Assembly: GCA_041659045.1 (NCBI GenBank)
Contig: JBAZZB010000001.1
Coordinates: 70,111-134,110, forward strand
DNA from: Patescibacteria group bacterium
GTDB taxonomy: Bacteria; Patescibacteriota; Patescibacteriia; SG8-24; DYFX01
Direction: 5' to 3'
Length of the DNA stretch: 64,000 nt
Part shown: piece by piece, positions 31,054 through 38,968 of the stretch
How the letters are laid out: every line of letters starts with the position of its first letter
Position numbering within the stretch: position 1 is the stretch's first letter
Translations under genes and position numbers: made by a program
The notes under the pieces: model-generated
The model's database searches: none
The model's input: only the letters and a program-made list of their open reading frames with translations
Told to the model about the DNA's origin: nothing

Positions 31054-31090
31054 GACCAAAACTCCCCGAAAGGGGAGTTTTGCTTTATAC
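31054..31090 (+). repeat. 37-nt repeat copy 2 (35/37 identical to copy 1), terminator hairpin after the Lys-rich ORF
   Basis: gaccaaaactccccgaaaggggagttttgctttatac. Confidence 0.7.
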
Positions 31091-31156
31091 TCATCGGTAT
31101 CAGATCGGTACCTGGTACCAAAGGGACAGGTTGGTGACAGTATCGTCAAACGCATC

Positions 31157-32485
31157 ATGGAAAAAAGGAGAACCAGCAGGGAATTCATCGCGATGGAAGT
31201 TCCGGAAGATTTTGATTTGTCTGACGAGCGGAAAGCCGTGCTTGAGGCGCTCGAGCATACGAGAAAAAATATCTTTCTGACGGGAAAAGCCGGGACGGGA
31301 AAATCGCAACTTTTGAAATATTTCCGCGCGACGACGCGGAAGAAAATCGCGGTATTGGCGCCAACAGGTGTTGCGGCGGTGAACGTGCAGGGGCAGACGT
31401 GGCACTCGTTTCTTAAATGGCACGGCGATTTCCGGGCCGCAAAAAAACTGAGCATCGAAGAAGCGAAAGTCTTTCGCGAACTCGATATGGTGATCATCGA
31501 CGAAATCTCGATGGTGCGTGCGGATCATTTGGATTACATCGATCATTTTCTCCGGTTGAATCGGGTTGCTCGGGACATGCCCTTCGGCGACGTGCAGATG
31601 CTTCTTCTGGGAGACCCATTCCAGCTGCCGCCTGTCGTGCCGGACGATTTGAAGGAGGCGTTGAAGAGCCTCTATCCCAGCGAGCATTTTTTTGATTCCG
31701 GCGCGTATTTGTCCGGGAACTTTCAGAAATTCGAACTGGTGAAAAATTATCGCCAGCGCGACGAGAAGAAAGGAGACCGCAAGTTTATCGAGGCGCTGGA
31801 CGCCTTCAGGACCGCGACGTTTGACGAAGCGCATCTCGCGCACATTAATACGCGAGCGACGAAACAGAAAAAACATAAAGCGGCGATCTCTGTCGTTTCA
31901 AGAAACAAGATGGCCGATGACATCAATACCGAAGAGCTGGCAAAATTGGATACGCCGGCAAAGGTTTATCAGGGAATCATCCTGGACAAATTCAAGGAAA
32001 AAGATCTCCCTACGGCTTTTGATTTGGTTTTGAAAGTGGGCGCGCAGGTCATGCTCTTGAACAACGATCCGCAAAAGCGTTGGATCAACGGGGATATCGT
32101 GGAAGTCATCCGCACTGAAGATTCATATATCAGAGTCCAGTTCGACGACGGCTCCTACGCCGACGTCGGCCCGAACAAGTGGGAATCGGTTCAGTTTTCT
32201 TTCGATGAAGAAAATAAGAGCGTGCGTCCTGAAGTGACGGGATCATTCAGCCAGTTGCCCGTGAAGCTCGCTTGGGCGATCACAATCCACAAGAGCCAGG
32301 GTCAGACGTTCGACAATGTGCGTATTCATTTCGGCGCGGGCGCTTTCGCCGCGGGGCAGGCCTACGTGGCGCTCAGTCGCAGCAGAACGCTGGGTGGAAT
32401 CGTCCTCGCGCATCCAGTAAGATCCAGCGACATCTTCGCGGACGATCGGATTAAAACGTTTATGGCGTCAGACCTCGCCGCTTGA
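31157..32485 (+). CDS. PIF1/RecD-family ATP-dependent DNA helicase
   Basis: Walker A LTGKAGTGKS; Walker B VIIDEISMV; C-terminal QGQTFDNV, AYVALSRSR motifs typical of PIF1/RecD helicases. Start uncertain (31157 or 31193). Confidence 0.65.
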   Translation: MEKRRTSREFIAMEVPEDFDLSDERKAVLEALEHTRKNIFLTGKAGTGKSQLLKYFRATTRKKIAVLAPTGVAAVNVQGQTWHSFLKWHGDFRAAKKLSIEEAKVFRELDMVIIDEISMVRADHLDYIDHFLRLNRVARDMPFGDVQMLLLGDPFQLPPVVPDDLKEALKSLYPSEHFFDSGAYLSGNFQKFELVKNYRQRDEKKGDRKFIEALDAFRTATFDEAHLAHINTRATKQKKHKAAISVVSRNKMADDINTEELAKLDTPAKVYQGIILDKFKEKDLPTAFDLVLKVGAQVMLLNNDPQKRWINGDIVEVIRTEDSYIRVQFDDGSYADVGPNKWESVQFSFDEENKSVRPEVTGSFSQLPVKLAWAITIHKSQGQTFDNVRIHFGAGAFAAGQAYVALSRSRTLGGIVLAHPVRSSDIFADDRIKTFMASDLAA

Positions 32486-32518
32486 CTGCGAGCCTCTTTT
32501 GGTCCAAGATACGACGTT

Positions 32519-33679
32519 ATGTCCCAGAACTTCACGCTGACCCATCAAGACAAAAACAGCCGCGCTCGCGCGGGGGTTTTGCATACCGATCATGGTGCCG
32601 TGGAGACGCCGGTCTTTATGCCGGTTGGCACGCAAGCGACGGTCAAAGCTCTCGACGCGGCGGACATGGAAATGCTCGGTGCGCAGATTATTTTGAACAA
32701 CACGTATCACCTGCATCTTCGCCCGGGTGAGGATGTCGTGAAGAAGCTTGGTGGCGCGCATGCGTTCCAAAATTGGAACCGTGCGATTTTGACGGATTCG
32801 GGCGGCTATCAGGTTTTTTCTCTCGGTGCGAAGAAATCCGCGCATGGAAACTTGGTGAAGATCGATGAGGACGGCGTCACGTTCAAGTCGCACCTCGACG
32901 GATCGAGTCACCGCTTCACGCCGGAAGAGGCGATCAAGATTCAGCAGAAACTCGGCGCCGACGTCATTATGGCGTTCGACCAGTGCACCTCAGACAGCGC
33001 TTCCGAGTCCGAGGCGCGCGCCGCGATGGAGCGCACGCATCGTTGGGCGGATCGTTGCCTTGCGGCTTTTGCCGATAAAAAAGACGCACCCGCTTTTAAG
33101 CAGCAACTTTTCGGCATCGTGCAGGGCGGCGTCCACAAGGAACTGCGCCGTGCTTCGGCAGAATTCATCGCTTCGCGCGCCTTCGATGGTTTTGCGATCG
33201 GCGGCGAGTCGGTCGGGTATAACATGGAAAAGACACGTGAGATTCTTGGCTGGATCGAAGACCTCATGCCGGAGGATAAAGCGCGCTACACGATGGGTGT
33301 CGGGCTTTCGCCGGAAGATCTTTTTGATGTGGTTGAAGGCGGCGCTGATATGTTTGACTGCGTTTCGCCGACGCGCACCGCTCGAAATGGCGCGCTCTAC
33401 AACCGCAAAGCGGGACGCTCGAAAAAATATCGCGTCGAAATCGGCAACAAGGCGCATGAGCAATCTATGCTCCCAATCGATGAAGAATGCGGATGCTTCA
33501 CCTGCAAAAACTACACCCGTGCCTATTTGCGCCACATCTTCCTGGCCGAAGAGCTCGCGTACTTCCGCCTCGGCACCATTCATAATCTGCACTTCCTCCT
33601 GAACTTGATGCGTGAGATGCGCAAGGCAATCCTTGAAGACCGTTTCCTCGACTTCAAGAAAAACTGGATCGTCGAATAA
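32519..33679 (+). CDS. tgt: queuine tRNA-ribosyltransferase
   Basis: HGAVETPVFMPVGTQATVK, LTDSGGYQVFSL, zinc site CGCFTCKNYTRAYLRH. Confidence 0.9.
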   Translation: MSQNFTLTHQDKNSRARAGVLHTDHGAVETPVFMPVGTQATVKALDAADMEMLGAQIILNNTYHLHLRPGEDVVKKLGGAHAFQNWNRAILTDSGGYQVFSLGAKKSAHGNLVKIDEDGVTFKSHLDGSSHRFTPEEAIKIQQKLGADVIMAFDQCTSDSASESEARAAMERTHRWADRCLAAFADKKDAPAFKQQLFGIVQGGVHKELRRASAEFIASRAFDGFAIGGESVGYNMEKTREILGWIEDLMPEDKARYTMGVGLSPEDLFDVVEGGADMFDCVSPTRTARNGALYNRKAGRSKKYRVEIGNKAHEQSMLPIDEECGCFTCKNYTRAYLRHIFLAEELAYFRLGTIHNLHFLLNLMREMRKAILEDRFLDFKKNWIVE

Positions 33680-33683
33680 AAAA

Positions 33684-33720
33684 GCCGCCCTTCGAGATGA
33701 TCGGGGCGGTTTTCAGTTTT
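33684..33720. terminator. bidirectional terminator between tgt and the convergent small-ORF operon
   Basis: gccgccc ... gggcggt hairpin with AAAAA upstream and TTTTCAGTTTT downstream. Confidence 0.6.
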
Positions 33721-34231
33721 CCTTTGACTCGCGCTCTTCGGCTTGGAGCGCGGCCTCGCTTGCTGAGCGCAGGACGGCTTTGAGGATGAGGATCGCTCTC
33801 TGGCGATCAACTTCCGGATGCCGATAGAGAATGTAGGCAAGGTTGCCATCAGTGTCTTGCGCCGCGATCATCGCCGCGGCGACGGTCGGCGTGCGTCGCT
33901 TGATGACGAGCGCACCCTTCTCTTCAACGGTGAGTTCAACCTCAAGATCGTCGATCTTCTGGGCGATACTGTTCATCACGAACACGCTGTCTCTAGCGGA
34001 GTCGTACGCCTTCGCGAGAAAGCGGGGCTTGTCGCTGTTGTAGACGCAGCCGAACACGCCGACAATATCGTAGTTGGGCGAGTCCGCCGCTGCTGGGTCG
34101 CCTTCGATGACCTCGGAGTTGAGGAGACCGTTACGGACTTCGTAGTGCACGTTCACGAGCACGAGTTCGCGACCGTCGGGAATGACCGTGTTGAGATGCT
34201 CGTACAGATCTTCGCTCGTCATTGCCTTCAT
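33713..34231 (-). CDS. hypothetical protein (last gene of queA operon)
   Basis: GGAGG RBS then ATG (MKAMTSEDLYEHL...); no recognisable motif. Confidence 0.45.
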   Translation of the reverse strand: MKAMTSEDLYEHLNTVIPDGRELVLVNVHYEVRNGLLNSEVIEGDPAAADSPNYDIVGVFGCVYNSDKPRFLAKAYDSARDSVFVMNSIAQKIDDLEVELTVEEKGALVIKRRTPTVAAAMIAAQDTDGNLAYILYRHPEVDRQRAILILKAVLRSASEAALQAEERESKEN

Positions 34232-34309
34232 ACAACCTCCTGAATGACGTACGTCCACTCCATCAAGGAACGCCCGCTTCGTCAAATGAAAAACCATCCG
34301 TGCGGATGG

Positions 34310-34798
34310 TTAGGCGTCGACGACGATCGCGCCTTTGATGGCGGCGTAGATCGTTGCGTCTTCGAACAATGGGAGATAGAAGAGTATCACGGTCGGTTGT
34401 TCTGATTGCGCGCGCGACATGGTAATCGCGGCGACAACCTCGCGCCCGGTGTACGGTAGCTTCGAGAGCGCTTCCGTCGGGAACTCGTTCGAGCCAGGCA
34501 GCGTCTGCATCAGGTAGCTCTGCATCGCTGCGCTGACCTCTTCGAACTCCTTGTCCTCGCCATGAATGTACGTCGCGAGCGTGCCGCCGTTCTCGTGAGT
34601 AACGACAACGAGCGCATCGTGCTCGAGAATTTCGACAAGCGACTCGATGCATCCCTTGAGTGGCCGATAGGCGAGAAAGCCTTTGGCCAAGTCATCCAGA
34701 AAATTGAGATACATCCAGAGCGCGGAACCTTCTTCGAGTCCGGCTGCCATCTTGTACATATGCGCTTCGATGGCTGCAAGCTCATCCTTCGTCGGCAT
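34310..34798 (-). CDS. hypothetical protein
   Basis: 162-aa ORF; its start overlaps the stop of the upstream gene at 34798. Confidence 0.45.
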   Translation of the reverse strand: MPTKDELAAIEAHMYKMAAGLEEGSALWMYLNFLDDLAKGFLAYRPLKGCIESLVEILEHDALVVVTHENGGTLATYIHGEDKEFEEVSAAMQSYLMQTLPGSNEFPTEALSKLPYTGREVVAAITMSRAQSEQPTVILFYLPLFEDATIYAAIKGAIVVDA

Positions 34799-35313
34799 CA
34801 GCTGCCTCCCTTCATGGCTTCAGCTTCCTTCTCGCGAATGAACTGGATCGCCAGTTTGAGGTGACCGATCGCCTTCGCGAACGAGATATCTCGCTTCCAG
34901 GCGACGCCGACGAGCTTCACGCCGTCTTTGCGCTCACCGTAATAAGCGAATACAAGCGTCGTCGCCGGTTCCGGCACGGAAGCGCGTGCTTCCTCCGGTG
35001 TCGTGGGTTTGCCTGGTTGGGACAGAATCGCCTTGAGCAGCGTGTCGCGATCTTGCAGTTCCTCGCCATTGTTCGACGCGGGGTAGAGAAAGAATCGGAG
35101 CGCGCCGTCGGCGGTCGTGCCGATCGTGAAAAGTGAACGCCAGAACGGGCTGCCTGTTTCTTCCGGACCCTCGATCGCTCGATGATCGAGAATGTCACTG
35201 TCCATGTCGGTAAGCGCCTTGAGCAAGGTGCGACCCCCGTGGTTCAGGGGAAGCAGCTGGTCCCACTCCGCCATCGCTTCGGAAACCGGCTTGAGATCTG
35301 CGTCGTCAGTCAT
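34798..35313 (-). CDS. hypothetical protein
   Basis: Start set at MTDDADLK (M85 of the track ORF); stop overlaps the start of the next gene. Confidence 0.4.
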   Translation of the reverse strand: MTDDADLKPVSEAMAEWDQLLPLNHGGRTLLKALTDMDSDILDHRAIEGPEETGSPFWRSLFTIGTTADGALRFFLYPASNNGEELQDRDTLLKAILSQPGKPTTPEEARASVPEPATTLVFAYYGERKDGVKLVGVAWKRDISFAKAIGHLKLAIQFIREKEAEAMKGGS

Positions 35314-35314
35314 G

Positions 35315-35788
35315 TCACGACTCCAATCCGGAGCGGATACATCCGCGTCCGAGCAAGGTGGTGAGCCACCGCTTCGCTTCCTCTTCTTGGAAGCATGGGT
35401 GATAGTACAAGGCCAAGAAAGCTTCGTCATTCGTATCTTGACCCCACATCGCCAGGAGCAGCGTCTTCGGTTCTTCACGCAGGGCGTTTTGAAGCGCCTG
35501 ACGCTCCGGCATTTCCGCAACGTCGTCGCCGAGCAACCTTCGAAGCGCCATGAAGCGCGCTTCATCCGTGATGTTCGCGATATCGACGCAGAAGTCGCCG
35601 TAGAGCACGCCGTCGATCGTGGCTGCGGCCCAAACGTCGCAGAATTTTGGCGCGTGCGCCGGCCAGCGTCCGTAGACTTGTGTCAGTCGAAGCGTGCGTT
35701 CCGCCAGGTCCGTTGCCGAGACCTGAAACAGGCGTTCACGCGCCTCTGTGGCGGGAAAGGTCTGTTCGAACGGTTTCGAAAAGGGCAT
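35315..35788 (-). CDS. hypothetical protein
   Basis: GGAGG RBS 5 nt before the ATG (MPFSKPFEQTF...); 2-nt gap to the next gene. Confidence 0.45.
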   Translation of the reverse strand: MPFSKPFEQTFPATEARERLFQVSATDLAERTLRLTQVYGRWPAHAPKFCDVWAAATIDGVLYGDFCVDIANITDEARFMALRRLLGDDVAEMPERQALQNALREEPKTLLLAMWGQDTNDEAFLALYYHPCFQEEEAKRWLTTLLGRGCIRSGLES

Positions 35789-35862
35789 GGCGACCTCCTG
35801 TGTGGGAGCCATGAACATTTGAGCATTTGGCTGGTGCGCGGTCAATGTTCCGAGCTGAGGCT

Positions 35863-36888
35863 TCAAACAATCAACATGGCGTCGCCGTAGCTGTAAAAAC
35901 GATATTTCTTCTTCACGGCTTCGCGATACGCTTTCAAAATCCTCGGTCGTCCGGCCAACGTCGAAACAAGCACGAGGAGCGTCGACTTCGGAAGATGGAA
36001 ATTCGTCATCAAAGCGTCGATGACACGAAATTTGAAACCAGGGCGAATAAAAATATTCACGTCGCCGTGCCAAGCGCACAACTCGCCTCCGCAGGCTTCG
36101 ACCGCGCCTTCAAGAGCGCGGGCGGTCGTGGTACCGACGGCAATGACGCGCCGCGACGCCACTTTCGCCTTCAAAATTTCTTTGACGGTTTTCTCGGGGA
36201 TCTCGACCCACTCTGCGTGCATTTTATGCACGTCGAGTTCGTCGGCGCGAATCGGCAAGAACGTGCCGAGTCCGACATGCAGCGTGACTTCCAAAAACGT
36301 CACGCCCTTCTTTTTCAACTTCGCGATCAAGGCTTTGGTGAGATGGAACCCGGCCGTCGGCGCGGCGACGGAGCCGACGCTTTTGGCGTAGGCCGTCTGG
36401 TATTCGGACGCGCGTGGCTTGCGCGTGATGTAGGGCGGCAGGGGAATCTCGCCGTTTTTATCGGCCAGCTTGATGACCGCATCCTTCTTCATGCCAAAGT
36501 CGACGAGAATCGAGCCGTCCGCGTCCTTCCATTCCACAGTCGCAACAAACCCGCGGGCGATCGTAATCTTCGATCCGTGCTGCAGTTTTTTTCCTGGCCG
36601 AGCGAGTGCGCGCCAGAAGTTTCCTTCTGGTCTCACGAGAAAAAGTTCGACAGCCGTTTTCTTGGTGTCGTCTAGTGTGCCGGCGAGTCGCGCCTTGAAT
36701 ACTTTACTCACGTTCACAACCAGCACGTCACCCGCCTCCAAAAAATCGGGAAGATCCTTCACGTGCTTGTGCGCGATCGAATCCTTTGCGCGATCAAGTA
36801 CCAAAAGTCTCGCCGACTCGCGCGGTGAAGCGGGTTTTTGGGCGATCAGGGATTCTGGCAGGTCGTAATCAAACTCGGAGACGCGCAT
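35863..36888 (-). CDS. queA: S-adenosylmethionine:tRNA ribosyltransferase-isomerase
   Basis: MRVSEFDYDLPESLIAQKPASPRESARLLVL, then GTTTARALE, ...DALMTNFHLPKSTLL. Confidence 0.9.
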   Translation of the reverse strand: MRVSEFDYDLPESLIAQKPASPRESARLLVLDRAKDSIAHKHVKDLPDFLEAGDVLVVNVSKVFKARLAGTLDDTKKTAVELFLVRPEGNFWRALARPGKKLQHGSKITIARGFVATVEWKDADGSILVDFGMKKDAVIKLADKNGEIPLPPYITRKPRASEYQTAYAKSVGSVAAPTAGFHLTKALIAKLKKKGVTFLEVTLHVGLGTFLPIRADELDVHKMHAEWVEIPEKTVKEILKAKVASRRVIAVGTTTARALEGAVEACGGELCAWHGDVNIFIRPGFKFRVIDALMTNFHLPKSTLLVLVSTLAGRPRILKAYREAVKKKYRFYSYGDAMLIV

Positions 36889-36958
36889 AGGATGACATTG
36901 TAGCATATGGTGATTGACAAGTTCATCGAAATGCTGGAGGCTGCGCGCGGGAGGAATC

Positions 36959-37426
36959 ATGAAGCTTCTCGAAGGACACGACTTGCACGAAGACCTGCCG
37001 CGCGAACGGATCAAGATCAACGCCGATCTTGTCCTGCCGGATTCCGTCCGGTGTCGACTCGGCCTCAAGACAAACGAGGATCCGAACGCGCCGTACTTGA
37101 CGGTCAAGCTCGGTTTCTACAGAACCGGCGATGCGGTGTACGAGCACGACTTCCGGGACCCGCCGCCGACGATGTACCTCGATCAGGTCGGCGTGAGCGG
37201 ACTCGTGCTCTTCAATTGCGCGGGTGCGGACTGTGAAGACGCTCTGCACGAGCTGATTGACCTGACCGGCAACCGCGCGTTCACGCCGCTCGCCGACATC
37301 CAGATCGACCAGGATCATCACTGGGTCATCATCTCGCTCGCGATCGGCAAGAAGGGCGACCGCTACTACTGGGAAGCCGCCCACAACGTGAAGCTCGCCG
37401 ACTTCAAGCAGTCGCTCCATCTCTGA
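36959..37426 (+). CDS. hypothetical protein (elevated GC3)
   Basis: GGAGG RBS then ATG (MKLLEGHDLHED...); no recognisable motif. Confidence 0.45.
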   Translation: MKLLEGHDLHEDLPRERIKINADLVLPDSVRCRLGLKTNEDPNAPYLTVKLGFYRTGDAVYEHDFRDPPPTMYLDQVGVSGLVLFNCAGADCEDALHELIDLTGNRAFTPLADIQIDQDHHWVIISLAIGKKGDRYYWEAAHNVKLADFKQSLHL

Positions 37427-37458
37427 TCGAACCCTTCCACGGGTTCGATTTTTCTTTT
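37427..37458 (+). terminator. intrinsic terminator
   Basis: tcgaaccc-ttccac-gggttcga hairpin followed by tttttctttt. Confidence 0.7.
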
Positions 37459-37472
37459 ACACTGTCCTCGCT

Positions 37473-38303
37473 ATGCCCGAACTCCCCGAAGTCGAGACGC
37501 TGCGCCGCCAGATGGAAAAAGCGCTCGCAAGACGCTTGATTAAGAGTGTGGATATTCGTTTCGGCCGGAAAATCTTTCCATCAGCCGCCGCGCTCGTTCG
37601 AGCCGCCTCCGGCGCGAAATTCAAGTCGTTCGGTCGCCGCGCTAAACTTTTACTCGCGCATCTTTCAAACGGCTGGACGATCATTACGCATTTAAAAATG
37701 ACGGGCTCGTATCTCCTTAAGAAAGAAGAGGAGACTCCTACAAAGCATACGCACATCGTCTTTCATTTGGATAAGAAGGAGCAGCTGTGGTTTGAAGACG
37801 TGCGTAAATTCGGTTTTTTGAAACTCGTAAAGACCGCGGATCTTGAAAAGGAAATTTTCGAAAAAGAAGGCTACGGGCCGGAACCGCTCGATCCGACATT
37901 CACGTTCAAGAAATTCAGAATGTGCGTGACGTCCCGTCCCAAGAAAAAAATAAAACCGCTCCTGCTCGATCAGGGCTGCATTGCCGGCATCGGCAACATT
38001 TACGCCGACGAAGCGTGCTGGTACGCCAAGGTGCATCCCGAGCGGACGGTCGGTTCACTTTCGGAAAAGGAATTAAAGGGCGTCTACGCGGGTGCTCTGA
38101 AAGCGCTTCGTGAATCGGTGAAGCGGCTTGGCTCCTCGTCCGACAACTATCGCGATCTCTACGGCGAGAAAGGTGGTAATGTGCCGCATCTTTGGGTCTA
38201 CAACCGCGAAGGGGCGCCGTGTCGTCGTTGTGGCGCGCCGCTCAAAAAAATGTGGGTCGCAAGTCGCGGCGCACATTATTGTCCTGTATGCCAGAAGTCT
38301 TGA
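37473..38303 (+). CDS. mutM: formamidopyrimidine-DNA glycosylase
   Basis: N-terminal MPELPEVE (catalytic Pro2/Glu3), H2TH region, C-terminal zinc finger CRRCGAPL...CPVCQ. Confidence 0.9.
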   Translation: MPELPEVETLRRQMEKALARRLIKSVDIRFGRKIFPSAAALVRAASGAKFKSFGRRAKLLLAHLSNGWTIITHLKMTGSYLLKKEEETPTKHTHIVFHLDKKEQLWFEDVRKFGFLKLVKTADLEKEIFEKEGYGPEPLDPTFTFKKFRMCVTSRPKKKIKPLLLDQGCIAGIGNIYADEACWYAKVHPERTVGSLSEKELKGVYAGALKALRESVKRLGSSSDNYRDLYGEKGGNVPHLWVYNREGAPCRRCGAPLKKMWVASRGAHYCPVCQKS

Positions 38304-38968
38304 TGTCATTCCCGCGCAGGCGGGAACCCAGAAAAAACAAAAACATCCGAACCGTCATCGGAATTTTGAAACGGAAATTCCCCGGAAAAGGCGCGGTCGA
38401 GCTCGGTCGTCCTGAGGACGTGATTTTGGCGACCGTGTTGTCCGCCCGCACGCGTGATGAGCAAGTGTTGAAGGTGTATCCAAAATTACGGAAGCGTTTC
38501 CCAACGCTCGCCGCGCTCAAGAAAGCGCCGGTTTCCAGGATTGCCTCAGCGATCAATGAGATCGGCCTGTATCGCGCCAAAGCGAAATCCGTGAAGGGGA
38601 TTGCCACGGCGCTGATCGATACGTATGACGGCAAGGTGCCCTCGACGATGGAGGAGCTTATGGCCTTGCCGGGCGTCGGTCGCAAAACGGCCAACTGTGT
38701 TTTGTGTTATGCTTTTAAAAAGCCTGCGATCGCCGTTGATACGCATGTACATCGCGTCACAAACCGTCTTGGCTGGGTGCGCGCCAACGACCCACTCAAG
38801 ACGGAGCTTGCGCTCACGCGGCTGATTCCGAAAGATCTTTGGCTTCACGTGAATCGGGTATTCGTCCAATTCGGACGCACGGTCTGTATTCCGGGCCGTC
38901 CGCGCTGCTGGAAGTGCCCTGTTTTTCGCCTCTGCCGCTTTCCTCGCAAGACACTTACACCACCATGA
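38303..38968 (+). CDS. nth: endonuclease III
   Basis: HhH-GPD (LMALPGVGRKTANCVL... AVDTHVHRV) and 4Fe-4S cluster loop CIPGRPRCWKCPVFRLC; start overlaps the mutM stop (TGATG). Confidence 0.85.
   Translation: MSFPRRREPRKNKNIRTVIGILKRKFPGKGAVELGRPEDVILATVLSARTRDEQVLKVYPKLRKRFPTLAALKKAPVSRIASAINEIGLYRAKAKSVKGIATALIDTYDGKVPSTMEELMALPGVGRKTANCVLCYAFKKPAIAVDTHVHRVTNRLGWVRANDPLKTELALTRLIPKDLWLHVNRVFVQFGRTVCIPGRPRCWKCPVFRLCRFPRKTLTPP

Noticed and set aside
30645-31090. Possible CRISPR array (repeated palindromic 37-mer)
   Set aside because: Only two copies, spaced 410 nt, flanking an ORF. Palindromic with U-tails, so they are terminators/repeat elements. No cas genes, and no other array-like periodicity anywhere in the window.
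31157-32485. PIF1-like helicase as a conjugative relaxase/mobile element marker
   Set aside because: No relaxase (HUH) domain, transposase or integrase is nearby. The helicase alone is insufficient to call a mobile element; it is kept as a helicase CDS.
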